Assembly (NCBI GenBank): GCA_964270895.1
Contig: OZ185438.1
Strand: one strand, 5' to 3'
Length of the DNA: 64,000 nucleotides
Origin: Podarcis filfolensis
Taxonomy: Eukaryota
The position numbers and the translations under genes are program-made. Positions 50,040-62,480 of the stretch are shown piece by piece (positions within the stretch are counted from its first letter, which is position 1; each line of letters starts with the position of its first letter). Below the pieces are notes generated by a model. The model made no database searches. It was not told where the DNA came from and saw only the letters and a program-made list of their open reading frames with translations.

Positions 50040-51011
50040 TAAGAAGCTAAACTGCTAAAATAAACTGCTGCCTATCTGTAAAGCATTCCAAACACCACAT
50101 CCAATACACACAAAATGATGGTTACAGAAACATCTTCTATATTACAAACCAACTAGCTACTGAACATGCAGAAACCAAAATATCCCATCTCCATAGGACC
50201 TTTAAAACATGCAGAATGCATGGGAGTAATATTTGCACAAGGCTACTTTGAGAAGGAACTCTATTGTGTTGTATTATCGTCCTTTGGATAGCAGGGGTTA
50301 TAGACTTACCAGTAAATAGCAGTTTTATTTCTTGTGGACTCTACTAATGGCTCATATATTTATGTATTTTTATTTGTTCCAAAGGCAAATCATTGCTTCT
50401 CTTTCCAATTCCTAGACCATATCTTGATCCATTATTCCCTTTGGTTATGACTTAGCCAAAGAACTCATTTTGCTTCCTACAATCTCTTTATCTTTTCTAA
50501 ATGTGCGTTTTACTAACTCTCCCATGGGCATCTGGTACTTAAAAAAAATACTATCATTGGTTGTATTATGTCAGGTTGTTTATTCTAAACTTTCTTCTTA
50601 ATTTCCATTTATGTCTTGACCTTGCAGAGTTTACATTGTGTTCCATTAGGCTTGCTTGCACTGAATGTCTAATTTTAAAGTATTTTTCTTTGGCTTTCAG
50701 AAACTCACATGTCTTCTATGCTTGGCTCTTCAACCTATTTTTTTCCCTTTCTTTCCCTGCCCCCAAACAATTCATTTGCTCCTGGCTGTTCAATTTTAAA
50801 TCAGGGGTCTGATGCTACCTCCTGTGACCCACCTACTAATCTCGTTCCCCAACCCCTCTTAATTTTCTTATTTTTCCCTCCAGTTAATTTCCAAATAACC
50901 TGGGGCACATTTCAACCACACATAGGGGCAGCCACCTACATGGAAAGAAAGAAGCCTTAATAGAGTGCATTGTTTTGTTTCCCTATGTGTGAAGGTTCAC
51001 TAATATTATAT

Positions 51012-51925
51012 GACAAGCCTGTTGGATCAGGCCAATGGCCCATCTAGTCCAACATCCTGTTCTCACAGTGGCCAGCCAACCCGAAACCTGAGGAAAGCCT
51101 GCAAGCTGGATATAAGCAAACAGCACTCTGCCTGCCTGCAATTCCCAGCGACTGGTATTCAAAGAGATAATGCCTCTAATGGTGGAGGTGCAACATAGCC
51201 ACTGAGTCCCTGATAGCCTTGTCCTCCATGCATTTGTCTAATCTTTTTTTAAGCCATCCAAGTTGGTGGACATCACCATAGCTGTCAACTTACAGATTTG
51301 AAAATAAGGGACCAGCAGCCTTGAAAATAAGGGACCAGCAGCCAAAATAAGGGACCTGCAGCCTCACCTGTTCCAGGCACTCCAGTCTTCCTGTCCTCCT
51401 GCAGTCTGGTCAAACTCGTGCTGGTAGCTTCGAGAACACTGTCCAACCAACTTTGTAACTAGAAGTTCAACTGAATAGAATCTGAATCACATGCACCACA
51501 AGGCCTATGCAGCCTCAACTTAAGATGGCTCCCCCGCCTGGCTTTGCACTGCAAAGTTTGCAGCAGCACGTGCAACAAAATGGCATCCAGCATTCAAAAA
51601 ACCCCTCAGCTTGCATTAACTAGCCACACACAAGGCATGCAAGTTCCACCCCCCAGTCGTTCTTAGACTTCTTATTGGGTGAGCAACACAGCCAAGCAAC
51701 ACAGTTGGAGCCTCCCTCCTCCCTGGCTGGCAGGGAGGGAGGGAGAGGAGCTGCTTCCTTTGAAATTTAAGGGACATCATTTAAGGGACATCCATCAATA
51801 AGGGAAGCAGCGGGACATGGTGCTGGAATAAGGGACTGTCCCTTCAAATAAGGGACACTTGACAGCTATGGACATCACTGCCTCCTGTGCGAGCGAGTTA
51901 CATAATTTAACTATGGAACAGGAGG
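51012..51925 (-). mobile_element. Old CR1-type 3' fragment split by a hAT element
   Basis: Continuous across the insertion as CCAAGTTGGTGGACATCAC|TGCCTCCTGTG; compare uninterrupted 28391-28415. Confidence 0.7.
51277..51870. mobile_element. Non-autonomous hAT element (594 bp) with subterminal AATAAGGGAC repeats
   Basis: TIR CATAGCTGTCAA / TTGACAGCTATG; perfect 8-bp TSD GACATCAC (51269-51276, 51871-51878). Confidence 0.92.
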
Positions 51926-51979
51926 TCAGTGTGTGCCCCCGCTATCTCCATCCAGTCCTCCTCCTAGCCAAGTTCATAA

Positions 51980-52790
51980 CCACGTTGGGGATTGAACGGA
52001 AGAGTTACTGAATATAAAACATTATACAAATCTATGGTTCAGTCACACTTGGAATGCAAGGTGTATATACCACTTGGTTGCAATCAAACCTCAAAGAAAA
52101 TGACCAGGGGACTGGAGCAGCTCCCTTATGATGAAAGGTTATATGATGTTTGCATTCTTTTAGATTTTTTTGTGGGGAGGAGTGTAAGTAAGGCAGGGGG
52201 CAGGGGTGTGATAGAGGGTTGTAAAATTATGCATGGCATGAAGAAAATGGATGGGGGGGGAATCTCCCTCACTTAAAAGGGAATACTTCTTCTCACAGCA
52301 CAAAGTAAGAAGAGAGAGAGAGTTTGGATTTGATATCCCGCTTTATCACTACCCTAGGGAGTCTCAAAGCGGCCAACATTCTCCTTTCCCTTCCTCCCCA
52401 GCAACACTCTGCGAGGTGAGTGGGGCTGAGAGACTTCAAAGAAGTGTGACTGGCCCAAGGTCACCCAGCAGCTGCATGTGGAGGAGCGGGGAATCGAACC
52501 CGGTTCACCAGATTACGACACTACCGCTCTTAACCACTACACCACACTGGCTCTCTAAACTTATGGGATCTACTACCGAAGGATGTAGTGACAGCAACTT
52601 GAACAGCTTTAAAACGGGATAAGGCAAGTTCATGAGAACAAGTCTATTAATGGCTACGATGACCATATTACCACCAGTATTGGAGGCAGTATTTTTCTGA
52701 ATACCAGTTGCTGGCGATCACTGTGCTCATATCTGGCTTATGGCCTTCTCATAGGCATCCAGTTGGTGATTGTGAGAACAAAATGCTTTC
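51980..52790 (+). mobile_element. Degenerate CR1 ORF2/3' fragment interrupted by a SINE
   Basis: LYKSMVQSHLE and KMTRGLEQLPYDERL resemble the CR1 ORF at 8643-9272; similarity resumes after 52555. Confidence 0.7.
52306..52554 (-). mobile_element. tRNA-derived SINE (MIR/Squam3-like), well preserved
   Basis: Minus strand AGAGCCAGTGTGGTGTAGTGGTTAAGAGC (A-box) and GGGTTCGATTCCCC (B-box); (TC)n tail. Confidence 0.88.
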
Positions 52791-54926
52791 GGTCAGATAA
52801 GTAGGGTACTTCTTGGGTTGATGGGAGTTAGAGATGTATCACTACACAACCTAAGGAGGTCGATGCAGAGGCACAGTCTCATTCTACATGTGATGCAATG
52901 CATGCATGAAGGGGACTTGGGGGTCTATTGGGAGCCCTAAAAACAGCCTCAATTTAGAGATTGCATACTTTTGACTGTCAAACATAAATTACCAGGATCA
53001 AACAATACTCATGAGCATCATCTGCTTGCAATGTCTGAGAACTTATCTGCAGTGTGTGCTTAGCCACTGTTTATTTATTTAGTTTATTCATATATTACAC
53101 TATCCCATTGGTTTAGAAGAGTATGTGCTAGTTTTTTTTAACATCTTATAAATACCAATAGCCATATCCCCAACGGCCTCACAATCTATTGGGATATACC
53201 ATTCTGAATTAAGAGCTGGTCCATATGCTACAAGAGCCCTCTTCCTAGGAGATTCATGTGCAGTGACAGTTCATCCTGCAGAGCAAGATTATATTCACTC
53301 AGCATTCTGTGCTGTCCTTGTGTACATGAGCTGTACTCATGTAGGTCCTGTTGTGCATGGCCAGGGGACCTGCACAAACCAGAGTCTACTGATGCACATA
53401 CAAACCCAGCAGATGTACAGTCTGCACGCAGGTAGGGGTTGTACTGACTTTCAAGTGAACTCTGTAGTCTGGGGGCAAGACTTGACAATATAATCCCATT
53501 CTACCCAAAATGTGATCGCTGTATGCACAACTGTCATGTGACTAATGCTACCAGGGAATGAAGAAATTGAACTGTTTTGATCTTCATTCCACCAGTACTG
53601 CTGCAAAGTGTCAAGTAGGGTTCATTGATCTCAGCTGCACAGAGCTCAAGATGACAGAGGTGAGAATTATCATCTTACTTTGTGCCTTACATTAGAAATG
53701 GGGAACAAGCATATTCTCTCTCACACTACTTTTCTCCTCACTTCTACGTAACATATGAAGATTTGTCTCCAACAGTGGCCAATGAGTCTCTTATACAAAG
53801 AACCAAATTGTAGAGAATGGCTGAATCTTCAAAGGTCAGATCTGAGTAAGTATCTGGACCACAGCTTCTATAATTCCAATTTTATTTTAAAATAGCATAC
53901 CCCTCACCTATTCAAGGCCTGCTCAGTCTTTGGTTCTTAAGGGTAATGTATCTAAATTTACTCACCCTACTGGACTGTGCCCCTATGAGGATGTGGATGC
54001 AATGGGGATGCCCATTTCACACAAACACAGCTTGGCTTCCAGATGTCACATGAGTCAGGCAGCCTTCCACTGTGCTTTGTTTTCAAATTCTCAGGCTCCC
54101 TCGCCAAAGAAAGGCTCCTCCATTGTAAAGCTGTTAAATGAAAACCTTTGCAGCTGTCATAGCTGCTCACTGCCTCAGTGCCTGCGAACACCACTTGGCT
54201 CTCGTGCGTTGATGCATTTACTGTACTGGTAATTAATGCCGTTAGCTTTGTAATTAAAAAAAACACAACTTTTTGCCTTTATACTTGGGGTGATAACGCT
54301 GCAAGTAAAAATTAATTAAAATGAGACAAATTGCCTTCAGTTGAATGAAATGGAAAGGGAGGCACAGGAACTGGGGGCGGATGAGGGGAAAGGCACCAGG
54401 GCCCTGCTAATGAAGCAAAATGAGGCTGTCGGCTTTGAGGAGATTCTTCCTCTGCTTTTCTTCTCTTCTGCTAGGTTCCGGTTTAGTGGAGCCTAAAAGT
54501 ATCGGCTGGCAGAGAGAAATTGTGAGTCATGGGTGCCCATTGTTTTGGCCACTGCTGACCACTAACACAAACACCCATCTTTGTAGAAGCCACTCCCTCT
54601 TTCTTTCCCTTCCCTTTACCTGGCTGTGTGAGGTAATGGGCTGAAAAATTGCCTTTTCTATCATTATTAATTAGATCTAATGTCGGGCTTTTTATTTTTC
54701 CTGTTTGAGGTAGGGGGAAAGCGGCTCTAAAAGATTCCGCACATTGTAAGGAGCAGGGCCATTACAGGAAACACACAGACTGTTTAAGTCAAACCTCCTG
54801 CTTTAGGAACTTTGATGTGTATGTAACATGGTTCTTCTCCCTGCTTAACCCTCAGTCCTGACCCGGACAGTTTTCTTCTTCTAGTACTTGGATGGACCCA
54901 GAGGCAAGTAGAAAGAATGGCAAATA

Positions 54927-55248
54927 CAATCATAGAATCACAGAACCATAGAGTTGGAAGAGACCATAAGGGCCATCGAGTCCAACCCCCTGCCAAGCAG
55001 GAAGCACCATACCTTGGGTTGCGAACGCTGCATGTTGTGCGTTTTCAGGTTGTGGACCGCGCCAAACCCGGAAGTTCCGGAATGGGTCACTTCCAATTTT
55101 CAGCGCTCGCGCATGTGCAAAATCACAAAATGACATCACATGCATGTGCAGAAGTGCCGAATCGCATCACACGCTTGCGCAGATGCGGCTCTGCAGGTTG
55201 CAAACGCGCCTCCCGCATGGATCACGTTCGCAACCTGAGGTATGACTG
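54927..55248. mobile_element. pogo/Tigger-like MITE, family 2
   Basis: TA TSD; right TIR CTGAGGTATGACTG; left TIR reconstructs as CAATCATACCTTGGG once the CR1 piece is removed. Confidence 0.8.
54935..55007 (-). mobile_element. Extremely 5'-truncated CR1 (last ~75 nt)
   Basis: Reverse complement matches 9275-9346; flanked by CATA (54931-34, 55008-11). Confidence 0.85.
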
Positions 55249-58200
55249 TAAAGATGAAGGAGTCAGAGATGTTGCACACAAACACACACCCTCCTTAAAT
55301 ATTCTGTTATTTTATTGCCGTTATTTCCTCCATCAGCTGCTGCTTTGGTACCATTTTAGTTAGTCATCCATCTTATGATGACCTCAGTCAATCGGGGACT
55401 ATTTAGTGAATGTGATTACATCAGCATGCTATGGACTAATCAGGCTGACATCACAGAGAGAAAACAAAGTCAATTTAAACCATTAAGGCAATATCACTGA
55501 TGGATTACATGAATGATCTTAATCAGGAATCACATAACAAACACCATTCACTGTAACCAAAGCTTTTCCAACTGTGCTTTTTGTTCCCTTTGGCCAATTC
55601 TGAAAAATTACTGAGGAAATGCTGCCTATTTGAGACCGATCAAAGTATTGCCAGAAATAACCCTCTCCTTACAACTCAGCCCTAGGAAAAACACCTGAAT
55701 GCCACCAATGCCACCACTACTTCTTTTCAAACACCTCAGTTATTGGTTGAAAACTAAGACAGAAATCATAGGGTTCTTCCAGATGGAGGCTTAATACTGC
55801 AAATGAGTCGTTCAGATACCGTACACAGCTAATTGACAACAGCTTTTACTCACTGGATTTAATGCAGATTAAATGGGGGGGGGATATGCACTGGCATTCT
55901 GATGCCAGTGATATGTAGACACTGCAAAAAATATGCATGAACTGACCACACAGTAAACACCCATATGGATGCACCTATATGCCTTTTACTTGGGAGTTAG
56001 TCCTATTCAGTGGGGCAAAAAAAACCAAACCCAAGCATAGTAACTGGTGGTTGTACATCTACAATGTTAAATTTGCTTACTAAGAAATAGCTTTATGACT
56101 TGGAAGGTAGATCCCAATAAACAGGCATAGCGTTTGGTTATAATAAATTAAGATAAAGCAATATCCTCAACTGTTTTCTCTTCGTACCTACATTGATGAG
56201 AATTTGAAGTAAACCTGCTAAAAATTCACTGGGATTGAAATTAGAATACCCATTCCCCCAGTTACTCGGGAGTGAAATTTGCAGCCTGGTGCAGTGGTGA
56301 AGGGGACCAATGGGCAGGGGAAGCTTCCCGCGCTTTCCAGCCGCACAACAGGCTGGGAGCTGTGCAAGACTCAGAAAGCCAATCTGCATCAGGAGTGGGG
56401 CCATAATGAAATTAAATAAAGTGCATTCCCACCCCTCTGCCCATGGTTTTACACCCACAACATGCTGGGTTAATTTCCTTTCCAAGCACTTGTTAAGATT
56501 CCTCCTCCCTGACCCCTCACTATTTTCAGGCATCAGCCTCCATTTTTATCAGCCACCCAATATCTTCCAAGAATCATTGGTGGAATACAGTAAGCCATTA
56601 TTCACATCGTCTCCACATTCAGAATAGTTACTGGTACTGTAGACTTCCCATGTGAAAAGGCCATTAGGAGACAGAAATCAGATGACCTGGCTTTAAGAAA
56701 AGAGCACCTGAATATACTACATATACTGAGCAGTGCAGTAGCAGTAGATCTTTATTACATTAGTAGGACACATACAGCACCATTCAGGCTATCAGTGATT
56801 TTTAACTAGACTCAAGTCTTGCCTGAGATCCATGGAAAAACATACATGCAGAGCAGACGCAAACCACTCGAGACCTTAAAACATTGTTCTTTACTTTTCA
56901 GTATTGTGTTTGAACAATACTTATCAGTATTGTGTTTGAACATATACCTTGGGCCTGGTCTCACCTGGGTTTTTTATTGGCATTAAAACTACTGAAGTCT
57001 GTAGTACTCCTGATTTACAATAATGTCAGAAAAAAGGGGGAGCAGGCTCTTGCCTGAGGCATATAACCCATTCTGCAGACTGTCTTTCCACAGCGTAGGT
57101 GATCAAAGAGAAGAGTCTGGAAAACTAGATTAAGAAGAAGAAAATGCTCACCATGTGTCCATATAGGAAAGAGGGAAAGGTCATTGGGATGAAACGCGGC
57201 TAAGCTGAAACACTGTTGGTGATTATTCCAAGTAACAATTTAGTTTTTGCCACAGAGAAATGCACATGGGCATTGTTAATTCATATTAGAATGATAAATC
57301 CATGTAGACTTTGTCAACTATAATTGGCTTAATTCACACTGAAATGAGAATGGCTATGTGTATTGGTGAAATGGTTTAACTGGAAGCTATACTGAAGTCG
57401 AGAATAGGATTCTGAGCTCTAACTGAGTTGATAACTAGCTGTTATTGTTTTGAGGTAGCTCTGATGTGGTGTTTTAACCTTAGATCACATGAGAGGTATT
57501 GAATTGCAATTTCACCATCTTGGAAGGGTGGTGGCTTGAGTTCTTATTTCTCAGACTCTGTGAGAGTGACTGTGTAAATGAAGCTCTTCAGGTAAACAGC
57601 CTAAGGCAGGGTGCAGGCTGTGAGAAGGGAAAGATCTCTGCTTCTAGGTCTGTTGGAATTATTTCCTATTTCGTAAGATGCTGAGCCTATGCCTTGAACT
57701 AGCATATGTCTAATGGAATTGTTTGGTTGTAACATTTGATGTTTCTGTTTTGTTTTGAAGAAAGTTCTGCAAGTCAAGCTTTAATTAAACTTAAGGGAAT
57801 TGACAAAGTTTTCTTTCCAAAAAGAAGTCAGTTTTCATGCACCCAGTAGCTTCAAAGTGTGCAATATTAACATCTGCAATAGACTTTGTTGGAATGACCC
57901 ATGAATAGTTTGCTAGAATCATAGGAACACAAGAAGCTATTGAATCAGACACCAAACATCTAGCTCAGTGCTGTCTATGCCAGGGGAGGACAACATTGTG
58001 TCCCTTCAGATGTTGCTGTCCACCCAACAGCCATCAGTCCTAGTCAGCATCACTAATGGTCTGGAATGATAACAGTCCACCAACATCTGAAGGGCAACAG
58101 ACTGCTCATCCTTGGAGTGCATTGACAGATGCTCAACAGGGCTTCAGGCAGGAGGCATTCCTAACTCTACCTGGACATGCCAGGGACTCAACCTGGAATC

Positions 58201-61200
58201 TGTCATGCACAAAGCGAGTACAGTACTGCTAAAAAACACAACCTCTCTCTCTCTGTACACCTTGTTTTAGTTCCTGTTGATTTTTTTTGTTCTCTTTGCA
58301 AAATGAATGTGTTCATTCATAAACAGCTGATCCCTCCATATGTACTTCTCTTTGGAGCAGAAGTGTTATCTTACAATTAGCCTTCAGCATTTACATTACT
58401 GGGGGGGGGGAAACTGGAGGGGAAAAATTGGAGGCCACTCCTGTTCAAGTGGCCTCCAATGATCTGTGGGACCTACTGCAATAACATTGGGATAAGACAA
58501 GAATTAGCATTTCAAACCAGCCGACATCACAAAACAACTCTTGGGATCAGAAAATCCAGCTGGTTCTTTCTGCTTCTTACATCAGCCTCAGTAATAAAGA
58601 TTCTGCAGATGGATCATAGCTGGCAGTTTTACTGCTGATGCATGAAGTAAAACTGACTCTGGCTCATTCTCCTTAGCTGTGTCAGCTCCTGCAGGGCTAA
58701 GTCTAAGGAACTGTGACTTGAAGCAGCACACATACTTTGACCAAATTCTAGCTTCAGTTCTTTTAAAAAGGAGCGGTAGACTAAAAATTCCTGCAATCTG
58801 CAACAAACTCTGCAATCCCTCCATTCAGGGATTATTTTGGAGGTGTGGCTGATGGTAAGTGATATAGTAGGCAGCTATGTCTGAATGATGCCCAGCTATA
58901 AGACCACAAAGGAAAGGACTGACCTTCATGGGAACCAAAGCTGCTCTGCACCTTGGACCAATTTTTGTTCAGCTTACTTCAACATTACTCTTAAATATTA
59001 TTTTGCAAAAAAATAAAAATAAAATCTGGACAAATTAATACATACAAATTATATAAATTCAAGATTTTTAGCAAGCCATACAGAAGTGATACAGGCTGCC
59101 ATGCAACATATACAGAGGTGGGTTAAATCTCTACAAAGCTCCCATATTACATCAACCTGACCCCTGGAAACATAAGTGTCAGAGATATGCTGCTCTTCAT
59201 TCCTTTGAGGCCAATAACCGGGATCCAAGATGCTCTTAGGTCCATGGGATTGCAAACATAGGGGAAAAAGATTTTCCCAGATTCATCTGGGAAAAAATAC
59301 AGCCTGGCGGCTGCAGCATAAACACATTGAACACATAAAATAGATTTTGCTGATGGGATGCATGCTGCAAAGCACATCCCCAGTTTAAAAGATGCTATTT
59401 TAAGAAAACACAAGCACATGTAAAAAAAAGGGGGGGATGAGTTTGAGACTTCCAGTCATTTGCTGAACATTCTGAAACATATGTATATTTCTTAACTCCA
59501 TCTTCTTCTGTGTACTTTTCTCATCTCATATGTTCAGGTATATGTTGGATGCATTTGTTACTGGACATAAGAAAGATCATAATAATATTATATAGATTCA
59601 ATCTATCTATGTCACAAAATTGGTACTAACTCTAAACTAATCCAGGTCGTACGGGACATGATCATCAATAAACTTTTGTTCAGTTTGGTCAGAGTTGTCC
59701 AGAAACACAGCCAGAGTTGTCCAGAAACAGCATTTCTCCTTGTGCAATGAATAGCATTTCTTAGCAAACAAGGGCTTGTCTACATAACACAAATTATCTA
59801 TTGTTAATAACAGATGCAGCTGCACAAGGACTGAACTTGAACTAGGTCCAGTGGATCCAAAGACAAGCCACGTGCCGTGCCCCCCACCCTTCTGAATGCC
59901 CATGTTTGACTGGGGGGAAGTGAGTTGTTCTTACAAAACAACAGGGTTTCCCTACTGTTGGATCTGCAGGTTTGGAGATCTACCAGCTGATCTATTCCTA
60001 TAAGGCCCTTCCCAGCCAGCTGCCACAGTTTTTTATTAGATGCAGACTGGCTGCCTAGGAAGAGGTCTATTTCAAGTGACAGGCTGGGACTGTGACCACT
60101 AGTGAGTCTTTATGAGAGCGCATGCCCAAAGGGATGTGGTGCCAGTTCCCTATTAAAGGAAGGGCTCCAGCAGTAGGCACAAAGCAGAAAGCTTCCAGTC
60201 TGCCATTTCAAGTGGAAATGCAAGACTTCCTTGAAGAAGAAATAATCTCTTCTACTATTTCATGCCTTCTTATACCAATCATTCTCCCAGAACAGCTTCT
60301 GCATCATTTTTCCTTGAAAGGCATTTTTAAAGATTTACATATCGAATGCTATGTTGTTGCATCACACAGCCAATAAGATTTGGATATGGGATGATGTCAC
60401 TGAGGACAAAGAAAACCCATTGTTTGCATTCTGGAGGGCAGGATGGGAGAAACACATTGTTGTTGCCCAGGCAACGGGGATGATACTTTCTGTCCTGCCA
60501 TGCTGTGGAGGTGGACTCATTGTCCAGCAGTGCCATATGACGGGCCTTTCATCCTAATCCTGCTATGGTTTTTTCTAATGTTTAGAAGCTGAATGTGAGG
60601 GTGGATACATTTGGATGCTCATCTGAATGCCCACCCCATGAAAGTAACGCAATACAGAAAAATAGCATCCACATTCAGATGTGAATTCAGATGCAGATGC
60701 CATCCAAGCATGCTCTGTCACTTTCAACAGAATGACTATTTCCTGAATCAGGGTAAAAGAACATTAGCCCAGTTAATTTGGAAAGAGGGACGTGTTCCCT
60801 CTTCCCCATGACACCTTTAGTAAATATGTTGAGAGACAGCTGAAAAGAAAGGTGCACTCTGTGGTTGCACAGGTGATTAGATCCGTCAGACCCTCTTTAT
60901 CATGAGAAGCTATTTCAGTGCTGCTTGGAAAAACCCCTTTGGACAACTTCCTTTCCAGCCCAGTTTAATAGTATATGCTTAAAGGGAGCACAAAGAAAGA
61001 TTGCCCCACACAGCTTTTTCAATGAGCATCGAAAGGAAATCCCATAAATATATATTTTTTCTTTGATAGTGTGGGGACATGCACTGTTGTCTTTTTTAAC
61101 AGCTTTTTTTCCTTCATTCTTTCTTGCATGCAATGGTGGTTGGTATGTGCTTTGCAAACATGCTTGCCATCACCTCTACTCAGTCCACCTGGTGTTGGAG

Positions 61201-61319
61201 AGGTAGCTCTTGTGTAGAAAAGTCTCTTGCAAGAGCATTGGGTTATAAGCAAACACTTATAAAGAAGACATACTGTGATCTGAGAAGAGTCCATTCCTGG
61301 TCAGTGTAAATTTAATATT

Positions 61320-62480
61320 TAATTATTTATTTCATAAAACTTATACACTGCTTGATATATATATATTTAAAAAACACCACACCCTCAATGCGGTTTACAA
61401 AAATATGTATAAAAAACAAAATCAAGGAAAAGTCACAACCATACTTTAAAACATGCAAAAGTTAAAATTCTGAAATAGATTAAAATTACCTCAACTTTTT
61501 AAACATCTGGGTAGGTTAATCTAGACAAGAATTTTTTAGCAGGCACCAAAAGGCATACAGTGAAGACGCCTGTTTGATGTCAATAGGCAGGGAGTTCTAA
61601 AGTGCAGGTGCTGCTACAATAAATGATTGATTTCTTTCCAATGTGAAATACGTATTATGTGGCACCTGTCAACTGAAGCGGTTGAGTGGGCACATGTGAC
61701 GTAAGGCGATCTCGTAGATAAACTTGGTCCCAAGTTGTTAATGGCTTTGTATGCTAATACAGTGGTACCTCGGGTTACATACGCTTCAGGTTACATACAC
61801 TTCAGGTTACAGACTCCGTTAACCCAGAAATATTACCTCGGGTTAAGAACTTTGCTTCAGGATGAGAACAGAAATCATGCTCTGGCAGTGCGGCGGCAGC
61901 AGGAGGCCCCATTAGCTAAAGTGGTGCTTCAGGTTAAGAACAGTTTCAGGTTAAGAACGGACCTCCGGAACGAATTAAGTACTTAACCCGAGGTACCACT
62001 GTAGTAGCACCCTGAACTTGGCCCAGTAGCAAATTGACAACCAGTTCAGCACTCTGAGCACAGGTGTTATATGATGACAAGGCTTCACTCCTGTCCACTG
62101 TCATGCTGCAACATTCTGTACTAACTGCAGCTTCTGGATCAAGCGAGAGGGAAGCCCCACATAGAGTGCATTGCAGTAGTCCAGTCTTGAAGTAACAAGC
62201 GCATGAACTACTGTGGCAAGGTTTTTCCGGTCCAGGAGTGGCCGTAGCTGTCAAATCAGCTGCAGTTGGTAAAAGCCAATTCTAGCTACTAAGGCTGCCT
62301 GAGCCTCCAATAACAGAGCTGGATCAAGAAACACCCCCAAACTGCAAACCTGCTCCTTCAGGGGGAGTGCAACCCCATCTAGGGAAGGCAACTGACCAGT
62401 GTCTAAGACACAGGAGCTACTTACCCACAATGCCTCTGTCTTGCCAGGATTCATGCTCAGCTGGTTTTTCCTCATTCATT
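61320..62480 (-). mobile_element. L2-clade LINE 3' portion interrupted by a MITE
   Basis: ORF 62251-62475 NQLSMNPGKTEALWV...SLGVFLD...FYQLQLI; minus-strand LDYCNALY motif at ~62160-62190. Confidence 0.85.
61760..62001. mobile_element. pogo/Tigger-like MITE, family 1, opposite orientation
   Basis: TIR CAGTGGTACCTCGGGTTA; TA TSD (61758-59, 62002-03). Confidence 0.93.
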
